DNA of 64,000 nt from Eledone cirrhosa. Its lineage: Eukaryota. The notes beneath the pieces were generated by a model that was given only the letters and a program-made list of their open reading frames with translations, had not been told where the DNA came from and searched no databases. This document shows, one piece after another, positions 13,816 through 26,696 of the stretch. The stretch spans positions 48,918,001 to 48,982,000 of the forward strand of contig OZ024748.1 in NCBI GenBank assembly GCA_964016885.1, given 5' to 3'. A program made the position numbers and the translations under genes. Position 1 is the stretch's first letter. Every line of letters begins with the position of its first letter.

Positions 13816-14462
13816 TGTTCATCAAAATGTGTATGTACCTCTGTATGTATGTGAGTGAAAAGACAGGTGTGTATGCTTTAGATTTAACAATGTCTACCAC
13901 CTGTAATAGTTTGCTAAAGACTGCTATGTGTGTGTGCCTGTGTATGTGTGTGTACCTGTGTGTGTGTGTGTGGGGGGCTCTATGTGTATGCCTGTGAGTA
14001 TGTGTGTGCCTTTGTGAGGATCTATGTGCATGCCTCTGTGTGTGTATGCCTGTATGTGCCTGTGTGAGTGTATGTATGTGTGTACCACTGAGTGTAATAT
14101 GTGCCTGTGTGAGTGTGTGTCTGTGTGTGTGTGTGTTATGCCTGTATGTATGTGTCTGTGTGAGCATGTGTATGTATGTGTCTGTCCGTGTATGAGTGAG
14201 TGGGTGTACTTTATATTTAACAATGTGTACCATCAGTAATGGTTCAAGATTTATGTTGATCTAGCTGAGCCTTGTGTTGAACGGAGAGAACGGAAAGAGA
14301 AAAACAAAATATAAACCTACAAAGAAAACATTAAGTAGTAGCCTTAACAGTCTTTATCATAGGTTTATAAATAGCTAAAAATGCACGGGATAGTTTACAA
14401 TCATGAATAACAAATGCATGCACTTGTGTGCATAGATGCAATTCATTATTTATTGGATTGAA

Positions 14463-14654
14463 GGGCGGTGGATTGGCAGTATTGGTAGAGGGTCGGACGC
14501 CATGCTTTGACGTATAGAGTTACGGCCTTTGCCATTCTGAGTTCAAATCCCCCCAAGGTTAACTTTGCCTTTCATCCTTACGGGGTCGATAAAATAAAGT
14601 ACCAGTAATGCACTGGGATAATTGCTGGCCTTGTGCCAAAAGTAGAAACAATTA
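14463..14654 (+). mobile_element. SINE family A, full length
   Basis: gggcggtggattggcagtattggtagag...gagttcaaatcc...gtagaaacaatta. Confidence 0.9.
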
Positions 14655-14924
14655 TTTATTTATTTATCTGTGTGTATGTGTGTGTGTGTGTATATATATA
14701 TATAATGTATATATGTATATATATATATATATTTCTTTGTTTTGTGCCTCTCCTTTGTTCTGTCCTATGCCATCTTGTTTTTGTGTGTGTGTTGTGTGCT
14801 TAGTTTGCGCATGTGTTTCAACACACGTTTTCAGATAAAGAATCTTGCTAAACAATTTCAGAAACGAAATATATATATGCATATGTATATATGTATATAT
14901 AATGTATCATCATCGTCATCATTT

Positions 14925-15085
14925 TATGTCCACTTTTCCCTGCTTGCAAGGGTGGGATGGGTCTTATTCAGCACATCATCTCTCCACTTGTCACGGTCCT
15001 TCGTCATCTCCACCGTGAGCTTCAGCGATCTGAGGTCTGTTCTCACCACCTTCGCCCATGTCTTTCGTGGTCTACCTCTACCACG
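14925..15085 (-). mobile_element. RTE-like LINE 3' end fragment
   Basis: Translates RGRGRPRKTWAKVVRTDLRSLKLTVEMTKDRDKWR, followed by a (GAT)n tail. Similar piece at 35530-35685. Confidence 0.75.
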
Positions 15086-15927
15086 TATATATGTATATAT
15101 AATGTATATCATCATCATCATCATCTTCGTTTAACGTCCATTTTCAACGCTAGCATGGGTTAGACTGGAGTTGTCCCACTTGAGGCAAGGCTGGTCGGGT
15201 GACCGTGTCTCGCTCATATAGGACTATCTGGCAGGTTTTCTACGGATGGATGCCCTTCCTAACACCAACCACATTTACAGTGTGGAACTGGGAACTTTTT
15301 ACCATGTTACCTACACGGCCACATTACAGCGTGGGCTGTGTGTTTTTTTTGTCGTGACACCTACACGATCTCGATATATATATAATCTTGTATATATATA
15401 TACACATATACATATAGCTACGCTGTGAGATGGGTTAGGCTCCTTGTATTGGTGCCATCCAGTACTGGGCTCCAACTGGTCTCTCTACATACGCCAGACT
15501 CCCAAACTGTAGTTCCACACCTGCCCCTCCCCATACCATTGCCATCCAGTACCGGGCTCCAAAACTATGGTTCCGCTGTGAGACGAGTTTGGCGCAGCCA
15601 ACTGGCCATCCACTTCCACACTAAATGTGATTGGTGTTAGGAAGGGAATCCAGCTGTAAAATAACCCAGCCACATTTACACTCCTCGCCAGAACAAGGTA
15701 CCACATGGCCAATTTTGTCCAGATTTGTCTCCTGGTGCAGACGACCCATCTAACCCATGCAAGCATGGAGAAATGGACACTAAATGGTGATGATAATTAT
15801 GATTCAGGGGGAGTGGAACGTCCCTCTCTAGTTTATATTTGATGCAAATATGACATACTTCGTCTATATTGAAATTTGATTGGTCAAAAATATTCACCAA
15901 TTATATAAATTTTTATGTGTAAACAAA

Positions 15928-16116
15928 TAATTGTTTCTACTTTTTGGCACAAGGCCGGCAAATACCCAGTGCATTACTGGTACTTTATTTTATCGACCCC
16001 ATAAGGATGAAAGGCAAAGTTAACCTCGGCGGGATTTGAACTCAGAATGGCAAGGGCCTTAACTCTATGCGTCAAAGCATGGCGTCCGACTCTCTACCGA
16101 TACTGCCAATCCACCG
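15928..16116 (-). mobile_element. SINE family A, full length
   Basis: Reverse complement of the 14463 copy. Confidence 0.9.
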
Positions 16117-16531
16117 TAAACAAATAATGACTTCATTTTCATTATTATACATGCAGTGAAGGAAATCAGGTCAGCTGACCATGTCTTGCACATACAGAAC
16201 TGTTTCTGACTTGGTCTCTACAGCTGGATGTCCTTCCTAATGCCAACCACATTTACAGTGTGTGCTGGGTGCTTTTTGTTGTGATACCAACACAACAACT
16301 TTACAGTGTAAGGGTGGTGTGAACAGAAGTAGGTGGGTGGATATTGGGGTGTGGGAGGTGTGTGTGTATACATCGACACTAATACACACAAATTTCACTT
16401 AGTCTTCCAATTTATGTTACCGAGACTACCTATAGTTTGTCTTGTTTACTCTTATTATTTTTGCTTTTTACTATTCTCTACCGTTCATTCTCTGTCTCTC
16501 CTTTGTGATCCTGTCTCTAATTTTTGTATTC

Positions 16532-16560
16532 CTGAAGAGGGTCTAAAGCCCAACATGTGA
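16532..16560 (+). ncRNA. Decayed hammerhead motif at the end of a PLE-like pyrimidine-rich segment
   Basis: CTGAAGA GGG tctaaag CCC --AA CATG T. The GAAA box has lost 2 nt, but the ACATGT palindrome is retained. Confidence 0.4.
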
Positions 16561-17896
16561 AACCTTCTTTTCCCTTTTCCATATAAAGCGTGAAACTAAT
16601 AAGACCTTTTGTACCTGTTTTGTTATTTCCTTAAACTACACACAGATATATATATATTTTCAAATGTGTGGTAAACAGATCTGTGGTGAGGTACTGCAAT
16701 AATTTGTCTCCAAATGCAGGAAACAATGTCACATCAAGCAGTGAAAGGTATTCCAGACCTTTCCACCTTATATAATTGACGGTATCACTCAGTATCTCAG
16801 CATAATGGAGGTGTATATGAAAACATATATTATATCGTTATATACAATAAACATATGGAGAGCCTCACTATCAAAGAAAAATATTTTTATGTAATGAACA
16901 TTTTTTTTTTCTGTCATCATCATCATCATCATCATCATCATCACTACCACCGCCATCATTATCACCACTGCCATCATCATCATCATCATCATCATCAGCA
17001 CCACCACCATCATTATCATCAGCACCACCTTCACCACTACCACTACCACCACTATCATGATCATCACCACCACCACTACCATCAACATTATCATCACCAC
17101 CACTACCATCAACATTATCATCACCACCACTACCATCAACATCAACATCACCACCACCACCACCACCACTACCATCAATATCAACATTACCATCACCACC
17201 ATCATCACCACCATCATCAACATCAACATTATCATCACCACCACTGCCACCACCACCACCACCATCATCAAATTGTCTATCCTGAGATTCTATTAAACTT
17301 CCAAATCTATTTAATCAGTATAAAGCCCTTCCTCCAATTAGTTGTCTTATATAATGGACAATATCTGTCATTATGGTGACTTGATTGTCACATTAAACTG
17401 TGGGCCTTTTCCAGAGAGATACAGAGATATATAGATATATAGAGAGGGGGAGTGAGAGTGTGAGGGATAGATATATAGAGAGGGGGAGTGAGAGTTTGAG
17501 GAATAGATATATAGAGGGGGAGAGGGAGGGAGAGTGTGAGGGATAGATATATAGAAGGGGGAGTGAGTGTGAGTGAGATATAGAGAGGGGGAGAGGGAGT
17601 GTGAGAGAGATATATACAGAGAGGGAGAGGGAGTGAGGGGGAGAGGGAGACAGATAGGGAGTGAGAGAGTGTGAGACAGACATTCAAATAAAGAGATTGA
17701 AAGACAAAAAGAAAGCAAAAGAGGTAGTGTGTGTTTGTATGTGTGTATGTACATATGTGTGTGTACATGTATGTTTGTCCATATGCATGTGTGTGTTTAG
17801 ACAGATAGCATTCTAATTTAAATTTTCCAAGTTGCAAAGCTCTCTGATACACACACACACCCACACACACACACACACACCACCACCACCACCACC

Positions 17897-18027
<131 letters not shown>

Positions 18028-18357
18028 TTTTACGTCCGCTTTCCCATGCATGGGTTGGCCCTTTAATTCTATTTTCCAGCTGACAGCTCTGTATGCAAAT
18101 GAGGCTAATCAGCCCATGTGCATAGGTGTCAAGACTATATGTTTTCGCCTATATTGAGTTCCGGCAGAGAACAGGATAAGGAAGCACTGTTTACCCATCC
18201 TTGCTTCTGCTGGAATCCACCAGATGGCACTAAATCATCAGTTTCCAAAATTCATAGCCGAAGGCATTCAAATGTTTATTTGTAAATATACCGTATATTG
18301 CTAGATATAAAAAATACACATATCTATATATATATATGTATGTATATGTGTGTGTGC

Positions 18358-18415
<58 letters not shown>

Positions 18416-18538
18416 ATAGACATATACATGTATATATATGTGTGTGTATGTATTGTGATGATGCTCTTTTTGCATTAATTAACCATAATAAGAGCGCCCT
18501 TAATAAGAAAAAGAAAATAATTACTGATCTTTTAAAAA

Positions 18539-18730
18539 TAATTGTTTCTACTTTTGGCACAAGGCCAGCAATTACCCTGTGTATTACTGGTACTTTATTT
18601 TATCGACCCCGAAAGGATGAAAAGCAAAATTTACCTCGGCGGGATTTGAACTCAGAATGGCAAGGGTCGTAACTCAATGCTTCAAAGCATGACGTCCGAC
18701 CCTCTACCGATACTGCCAATCAACCGCCCT
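18539..18730 (-). mobile_element. SINE family A
   Basis: Reverse complement of the consensus. Confidence 0.9.
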
Positions 18731-18754
18731 CATGATTTTTTTTAAATAATGACT

Positions 18755-20855
18755 GTCTTAAACTCGAAATAGAAAATAATAATAGAATAGTCAACTTCCT
18801 AGACATAACATTAAACCTTAATTCTGGCGTTTACTATCCATTCCATAAATTAAATGAAAACCTTATTTGTGTTAGCTTCTGTTCAAACCACCCTAGGAAC
18901 GTTAAAAGGGCCATAGTTAATAGTATTCAACAAAGAGTCTTTGGACTCTCAGCTAACAAAGAAATGTTCGACAGTAAGGCTATAACAATGCTTTAAATAG
19001 AGCAGGTTACCTTGATTAAATTGAGTACATAGACAAAAACGATTCCCACCCACCTGTATAGAAATCACCATACAATAGATATTAACACTAACACACATAC
19101 AGTTTATAGCAATTCTACTAATGCTGATATCCAAAACCTAAGGACAAATCAAATTTCGAATCAATAGGTCCTATAAAAGAGTTTGATCCCATTCTGTTTT
19201 GTGGTATAGTCCACCATTATCATTAGGAATCAAGAAGAACTTAGCTTATCTTTACTTTTATGCTCTTGATAAATGTTTTCCAAAACCACATAAATATAGT
19301 AGAATCTTTAACCGACACACAATCAAACTTTCCTACTCAACTACTAAAAATATTGCTCAAAATATAGATAAAATTAACAATAGAAATTTAGGAATTAATC
19401 ATAAGGAGTTAACACACAATGGTAATCTTGGAATCACTAATGGAATAAACAACATCTCAATTAGCAACGATTACACCAGCAACATAGACGATGAAAACCT
19501 AACGACTTATAGACACAGAGTCGCATCATTGAACAGTACCATAAGTAATTGTAAAGAAAGTAATTTTTGCCCGTTAAACAATAATTGTCTTGATTCTAAT
19601 TTAGTTTATAAATGCACAGTTAAAACAAAAGATAAGTCCTATAACTATATTGGTGCCACCTCTTCAAAATTTAAAGAAAGATAGTACAACCATCACCACT
19701 CATTCAAGAGAGAAGATAAAAGATATAGCACGGCCCTTTCTGAATTGATTTGGTCACTTAAAAATAATAACATTGAATATTCCCTTTCTTGGCAGAAACC
19801 TTTGTTTTATAAAAATGTTTCTGTATCTAAAGGATGTGACCTCTGTACCACTGAAATTCTACATATCATTTATAATAGACAATTAATTATTAATAAACAT
19901 TCCGAATATTTAGCTCTTGTCTTCACAGGTTTTCAAAAACCTTTCATAGAGTTTTTAGTTAAACTTTATAAAATAAAAAATTAAATAAGTAAAGCTTCTT
20001 TACAAATTTTTAAGAGATTTCATTATGTTTACATAGAATATAAAGAAGAATAGACAGAATAAGTAAACTCATTTTTTTCATTATAACTTTTTCATCTACC
20101 TTATCTTTAGTTAGTATATAAGTAAATTAAATTTAATATAAATTGATAAACTAGGCTATAATACATACATCTTTTCTTATAATAATAGTTACACCAATAG
20201 TTTATATTTTCCTCTATGCATGTAATACCTACTTAAATATAATTGTTGTAAAGATAAATTAGACCACGGTAATTGCATCTCTTCTTTTGAACTAACTAAT
20301 TTATCTCATAGCATTATAACCATATCCGTTACATAAAGAAGCTATACCAATTGTTAAATATCTTTATACTCATATAATATCAATTTAAATTATACACAAA
20401 CACAGATAATTTACCTTTGAATTTTGTAATCCTAATTTTTCTTCTTTATTATTTAGTTTCAATATGATTCTTGTATCCTAAAATATTTTCTTTGGTATAA
20501 AATATATATAGATATATTTTAGTATAATATCTATTTTATGCTAATATAAGAAATATATAAACTGTCTAACGGTCAATATTTATATTTTTTTACCAATCTA
20601 ATTACGTCATATTTTAAATAATTTCAAAAACGTTAAGTCCAACTGCAATTTTCTCCCACTCGCATAACATCCGCTATGTTGGGGTTTTTGTCTAATTATA
20701 TGCTTGATTGTCACCGATCTGTCCAGATTGTTTGACCGCCAGTATATCAAAAGAAACTTGCATCTCCTATGCATGCATTTTATCTGATGGGAACATGTTT
20801 TGGATTATGTTATACATAAGCCTTGCATCTTCGAAATATATATAATAAAATAAAT
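18755..20855 (+). mobile_element. 5'-truncated, decayed Penelope-like retroelement (RT C-terminus, GIY-YIG endonuclease, 3' UTR with hammerhead)
   Basis: Translations VNFLDITLNL...SNHPRN, then WYSPPLS, CPLNNNCLDSNLVYKCTV...YIGATSSKFKER*YNHHHSF...STALSELIWSLK...CDLCTTE, with stops and frameshifts. The Cys-rich linker suggests the Neptune-like group (inference). Confidence 0.88.
20777..20851 (+). ncRNA. Hammerhead motif at the PLE 3' end (single core substitution A9>G)
   Basis: attttat CTGATGG gaa-c-atg..gg.ttatgt tat acataa.cc..cat-c-ttc GAAA TATATA T A ataaaat. Confidence 0.7.
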
Positions 20856-20944
20856 AGAGATGATCTAAAGAGATGATCTGGCATGTTCATATAGTAGTGG
20901 ACCTAAGGACAAAAAAAACAAAACAACAACAACAAAAAAACAGT

Positions 20945-21445
20945 TCAGTACCATATGAACATGCCAGACAAAGACACGACGGTAATATAGACAACATAGA
21001 AATTAAAATAATATCTAAGCATAGAAATGACTCAACAGGTAGGCAAATCAGAGAAGCAACTGAGATAGAACTAAGAAAACCAAGATTGAACAGAAAGAAC
21101 GAATGGAATAACAACAACCATACCGAAACAAACAATACTGACCTAAGGGAAATATAAATAAATAAATATATATATACACAAGTACAATAACAACAAACAC
21201 ATATAAACACACACTAGTGAACTAAGATAGAATACAGAAACAAAAACATATGCTCTCAAACACGAACACACACACCAAACAGGAAGCACACACGCAAATG
21301 CATACACAAACAGAGACAGAGACAAGAATAAATAAATGAATAAATTAAATAAAAATTGCGTAGGCATTACAATACAACAGGAGGAAACATAATAGTACCA
21401 CTGATGATGTCACAGATGTGTGACGAAAGAATTTTGATAGACTAT
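20945..21445 (+). mobile_element. Second PLE remnant: GIY-YIG C-terminus and 3' UTR with hammerhead
   Basis: EHARQRHDGNIDNIEIKIISKHRNDSTGRQIREATEIELRKPRLNRKNEW fits the GIY-YIG end pattern R-x-x-x-EA...P-x-LN. Confidence 0.7.
21392..21445 (+). ncRNA. Hammerhead motif (perfect stem II, weak stems I and III)
   Basis: atagtacca CTGATGA t GTCACA gatg TGTGAC GAAA gaattt tgatagactat. Confidence 0.55.
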
Positions 21446-22498
21446 ATATATATATATCTGTATTTTTAACCGTTGGTCAATCAATGATAAACATTGATTG
21501 CCAAATAAATTAACTATGGAGATATAAAAGATATAGAGGCGAAAACCAACCCAAACCAAACAGTGAGTTCTGTTATTATTTCTGGCAATATTATAACAAT
21601 AGGACCCTCCCCAAATATAACAATATATATATATCATCATCATCATCATCATTTTACGTTCGCTTTTTTCCTGGTTAGAGACATATATATAATGTGTTTG
21701 TGTATATTAATATTTCTGCAATGAAAGGCGTGATATCCATTATCTGTGATATGTATTTGACATATGATATCCTTATCTTAATATCTTCATCTGATAACAA
21801 ATTTTGGTTTAGATATTTTCACAAAGGTTTTCACAGACATTATTTCAATATGGCTGCAGTCTTTTGCAGATTCATTTTGATGATCATATCATCACCATCA
21901 TCATTGTCCTTACCATCTTCATTGCCACCATCGGCACTATCGTTGTCATCACCATAATCACCACTGCCATCACCACCACAATCATCGTCATTAGCAGCAT
22001 CACCACCACCACCACAAACACCATCAGCACCATCACCATCAGCACCATCTCACATATGTTTGTGTGTGATTGTCATTATCATCTTCATTTAACATCCATT
22101 TTTCCCTGCTACCAAGGGTTGAATGGGTCATCACAGATCAAGTTAGAACTTCCTCACTGCTACTGACCTCTCATGTTAGTGAAGGGTCTAGTTGCATCTC
22201 ACTTACAGGCTATATGTTATCATGGCACCTGCACTAGGGACGTTGTCATACCTTTGACACACCTGAAGAGTCCTCTCAACCCTCTGTTTGGCAATGTTTA
22301 TACAACTGGATGTTATTCTTATCACCAACCACTTTACAGAGTATCTTGGGTGCATTTTTCATGGCATGAACATTAGAGAGGTTGTTATGCTGTGTGTGTA
22401 TGTTTACTACACACACGCACATATATATCAAAGCCTTATTCTCTTTCCAACTTGCAATAAATTTATTATGTGTGTGTGTGTGTGTATATATATGGCTC

Positions 22499-22581
<83 letters not shown>

Positions 22582-22684
22582 ATAATTCTTCGGCTCTGTT
22601 TAATTACATTGAGCTATATCTTATACTGTCATTTCTATAATATGAAGAGGGTGTTTAACTCCAACACACTCTAGTATTTTAATT

Positions 22685-22749
<65 letters not shown>

Positions 22750-22798
22750 CAAAATAACAGGAGGGATGACTGGTGTAAATCCTTGAAAGGTTTATATT

Positions 22799-22856
22799 TT
22801 ACTATGATCATTTCAACGACCGGGTTCAGTATGAATCCGGTGACATCATCAGGTAA
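22799..22856 (-). ncRNA. Hammerhead motif, minus-strand arm
   Basis: Minus strand: ttac CTGATGA tgtc-accgg-a-ttca tac tgaa-c-ccggt-cgtt GAAA TGATCA T A gtaa. Palindrome ATGATCAT. Confidence 0.7.
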
Positions 22857-22973
22857 TTCAAAATATAACGAAGGAATATAACAGATAAAAATCCATGCTG
22901 TTTAAATCAGAGACAGGGGTGCGGCCGGCAATTTACCAGCTTCTAGCTCTGTCGGCCACCCTATATTTTGAAT

Positions 22974-23029
22974 TGCCTGATGATGTCACCGGATTCATAC
23001 TGAACCCGGTCATTGAAATGATCATAGTA
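22974..23029 (+). ncRNA. Hammerhead motif, plus-strand arm
   Basis: tgc CTGATGA ...accgg.ttca tac tgaa.ccggt... GAAA TGATCA T A gta, with AATAAA at 23031. Confidence 0.65.
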
Positions 23030-23226
23030 TAATAAACCTTTCAAGGATTTACACCAGTACATGCCTCCTGTTATTTTGTAATAATTAACTCTGTACTCGC
23101 ACCACCAACTACACAAACGAAGACGGGTGAGTTGCATTACGTTGAGTGCTTCCCATAATATTATATCGAGTTTGACCACACAGAATGACCAGTTCTATCC
23201 AGTGGTGAATCAACAAACCCAAATAA

Positions 23227-23297
<71 letters not shown>

Positions 23298-23420
23298 GGA
23301 GGTGAGTTTTATTGTAGTACAATAAAGCAATGCAGATATCGGATAAGAAGCACTCTACAGTTTGTGGGACTGGAGTATGCATAATATAAGATCAAAAGAT
23401 GGTTAAAGGAGTTCCATATA

Positions 23421-23487
23421 TTTTATTATGCGCATTTCAAAAACAAACATCATCAAGCAATAATATTTGTGTTTTCATCAGATAAAA
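23421..23487 (-). ncRNA. Mirror copy of the 23610 hammerhead
   Basis: Reverse-complement arm of the palindrome. Confidence 0.8.
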
Positions 23488-23609
23488 CAGGAGAACATGA
23501 TATGAAGGCTAAAAAACACTTGTGGATAGTGCAGTTTTAAATCAACATGTGTTGATTTAAAACTGCACTATCCACAAGTGTTTTTTAGCCTTCATATGAT
23601 GTTCTCCTG

Positions 23610-23676
23610 TTTTATCTGATGAAAACACAAATATTATTGTTTGATGATGTTTGTTTTTGAAATGCGCATAATAAAA
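23610..23676 (+). ncRNA. Intact minimal type I hammerhead motif
   Basis: ttttat CTGATGA aaacacaaatattat tgtttg atgatgtttgttttt GAAA TGCGCA T A ataaaa. 6-bp stem I, ~15-bp stem II with one mismatch, palindrome ATGCGCAT. Confidence 0.8.
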
Positions 23677-23708
23677 TATATGGAACTCCTTTAACCATCT
23701 TTTGATCT

Positions 23709-23800
<92 letters not shown>

Positions 23801-23803
<3 letters not shown>

Positions 23804-24002
23804 AAAATGTTTGACCCCGACGGCAGACCTCAAGCCGTTTCGACGGCTATTTCTGGACTGTTTAGTCCAGAAATAGCCGTCAAAACAGCTTGAGCTCTGC
23901 CGTCGGGGTCAAACATTTTCCTGTTACCCACTCTACTACCCTAGGTATTGAGTACTCTGGTGCGTTATGGTCCATCTGGTTCCTTACCACACCTCCTTCA
24001 TT
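23801..24002. mobile_element. Hairpin-headed short element, copy 1 (59-bp arms 23801-23922 plus tail), in (TA)n
   Basis: Foldback with a gttt loop. Tail ttacccactctactaccctaggtattgagtac...ggtgcgttatggtcca is shared with the 50731 copy. Confidence 0.7.
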
Positions 24003-24078
24003 ATATATATATATATGGGTGCGTGTGTATTTATATATATAATCCATACAAGCAGGGAAAAACAATGTTAAATGATTA

Positions 24079-24249
24079 TAATTGTTTCTACTTTAGGCAC
24101 AAGGCCAGCAATTACCCAGTACATTACTGGTACTTTATTTTATCGACCCCGTAAGGATGAAAGGCAAAGTTAACCTCGGCGGGATTTGAACTGAGACCGC
24201 AAAGGGACGTAACTATGCTGGAAAGCATGGCGTCCGACTCTCTACCGAT
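24079..24249 (-). mobile_element. SINE family A
   Basis: Reverse complement of the consensus. Confidence 0.85.
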
Positions 24250-24315
24250 TATGTATACCGTTAAATGATTATAATGATGATGTGTGTGTATATATATGCA
24301 TGTGTGTCTATATAT

Positions 24316-24366
<51 letters not shown>

Positions 24367-24448
24367 ATGTGCAGATGCACAATCTAACCCACATGCACAG
24401 TTGGAAACTGATGGTTGCAACTTTTATGTGTTGAAGATAATAACTATA

Positions 24449-24484
<36 letters not shown>

Positions 24485-24702
24485 GGTTGGGAGGATATAT
24501 CATCATCATCATCATCATTGACATGACCATTTAACATGTGTACATTAACACACACAGACACACAAACACACACACATTTTCATAATAGAATTATAGTTTT
24601 AGCTCTGTATTTCTATAACATGTCTCAGCTTATATATGTTGTTTCTGTTTTCACTTTGTTCTGTTTGTTACCATCCTAGTAAGCACACACACACACACAG
24701 AG

Positions 24703-24734
<32 letters not shown>

Positions 24735-25058
24735 TGTTTTAGCCACAATGTATTTTATTACATTTTCACAATTCTATTCCTCACAATGGAGTAAACATGA
24801 TCTGTTTGATAGATGATAGATGTCGAGAAATATTGAAATTTTAGAAAAGAAAAATAACAGTGTGAAGTTTAATTTTAAACTAATTCTTTCGTTTAGGAAT
24901 GTGAAAATCTGATGTTTTCTTTGGTTCCTACACAGTAACTCACAGCATGTGTTGATATGTTCTCTAATATTGGAATATTGGAATTTTCAATATGATCTTA
25001 CTAGTGCAAGTCCACCACTATTTTTGTCAATGTTTCCTATATATCTCTCTCTCTCTAT

Positions 25059-25119
<61 letters not shown>

Positions 25120-25247
25120 CGTGTGTAAGAATGGATAATGCATGTTAAATGGTCATGACGATGATGATGATGATATATCCTCCCAAACCCCTCGCTCTGT
25201 CTCTTTCTCCACTCTCTCTCTCTCTCTCACACATATATATATATATA

Positions 25248-25590
25248 TGGAGGCACATGACTTAGTGGTTAGAGCATTGGCCTTGCAATCGAAAGGTTGT
25301 GAGTTTAATTCTCGAACCGGGTGATGTGTTGTTTCCTTGAACAAGACACTTTATTTCACATTGCTTCAGTTTACTCAGCTGTAGAAATGAGATGATAGGG
25401 ACTGGGGTCCCTATCATTCCACTGTAAAGTGGTCGTGGAGGTGCCACAGTAAAAAAGCACCCGGCACTCACTGTAAATGAGGTTGGTGTTAGGAAGGGCA
25501 TCCAGCTGTAGAAATCAAGCCAGAATCAGTTTCCGTCCCACCCTTGCAAGCAGAGAGAAAGCGGACTTAAAATGATGATGATGATGATTA
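25248..25590 (+). mobile_element. SINE family B with tRNA head and (GAT)n tail
   Basis: A-box tgacttagtggttag, degenerate B-box gagtttaattct, ggtgttaggaagggcatccagctgtagaaa, tail ttaaaatgatgatg. Confidence 0.7.
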
Positions 25591-25846
25591 CACTCTGCAA
25601 GTTGTGGCACTGATGCCACAGTAACACACACGCAGCCCACTCTGGAAAATGGAAGGAGTGGTACCAGAATAAAGTAGACTCAACCGACACTGACATGGTT
25701 GGCTTTAGGTACCCAACTGACAAGACCATGACAAGCTAGAATGTAAAAGCAGCATGTGACCATCTCATTTGTCTAGTCTCACAACATGACAACCCTGTCC
25801 AGGTCCAGCCCATGCCTATGTGGAACACAGATGTACAATGGTGATA

Positions 25847-25916
<70 letters not shown>

Positions 25917-25929
25917 ATATATATGTGTA

Positions 25930-25990
<61 letters not shown>

Positions 25991-26362
25991 GTATGTGTGT
26001 GTGTGTGTGTGTGTATATATGTGTATGTGTGTGTATATATATGTGTATGTGTGTGTGTGTGTGTATATATATGTGTATGTGTGTGTGTGTGTGTATATAT
26101 ATGTGTATGTGTGTGTGTGTGTGTATATATGTGTATGTGTGTGTGCGTGTGTGTGTGTGTATATATATAATATTTATATATGTGTGTGTGTATATATATA
26201 TATATATATTTATATGTGTGTGTGTGTACGCAAGCAGGGAAAAAAATAGACATAAAAACAATGATGATATATATACCTGGTATATTTTGTGTTAGCTTAC
26301 ATACACACATCATCATTGTTTAACGTCCATTTTACACGCGCACACGCACACACACACGCACA

Positions 26363-26423
<61 letters not shown>

Positions 26424-26512
26424 GTTGTTCACACTCACAAATGCACACACACACACACACACATACACACACATACTCGCATGCACACATACATGCATAC
26501 ACACATACATAC

Positions 26513-26696
26513 TGGATTGGCAGTATCGGTAGAGGGTCGGACGCCATGCTCTCCAGCATAGTTACGTCCCTTTACGGTCTGAGTTCAAATCCCGCCAAGG
26601 TTAACTTTGCCTTTCATCCTTACGGAGTCAATAAAATAAAGTACCAGTAATACACTGGTTAATTGCTGGCCTTGTGCTAAATGTAGAAACAGTTAT
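26513..26696 (+). mobile_element. SINE family A
   Basis: Consensus match. Confidence 0.88.

Larger units (their letters stand above)
22745..23083. repeat. Inverted repeat with ~122-bp arms (22745-22867 / 22962-23083), each carrying a hammerhead
   Basis: Arms are reverse complements with few mismatches; 94-bp spacer; preceded by (TA)n. Confidence 0.9.
23381..23716. repeat. Near-perfect 336-bp palindrome (167-bp arms, 2-nt centre) with a hammerhead in each arm
   Basis: Centre atcaaca-tg-tgttgat at 23541-23556. I found only two arm mismatches. Confidence 0.95.

Noticed and set aside
22640-22675. atgaaga-gggtgtt...aacacactc hairpin resembling a hammerhead half
   Set aside because: First core base wrong and no GAAA/UH.
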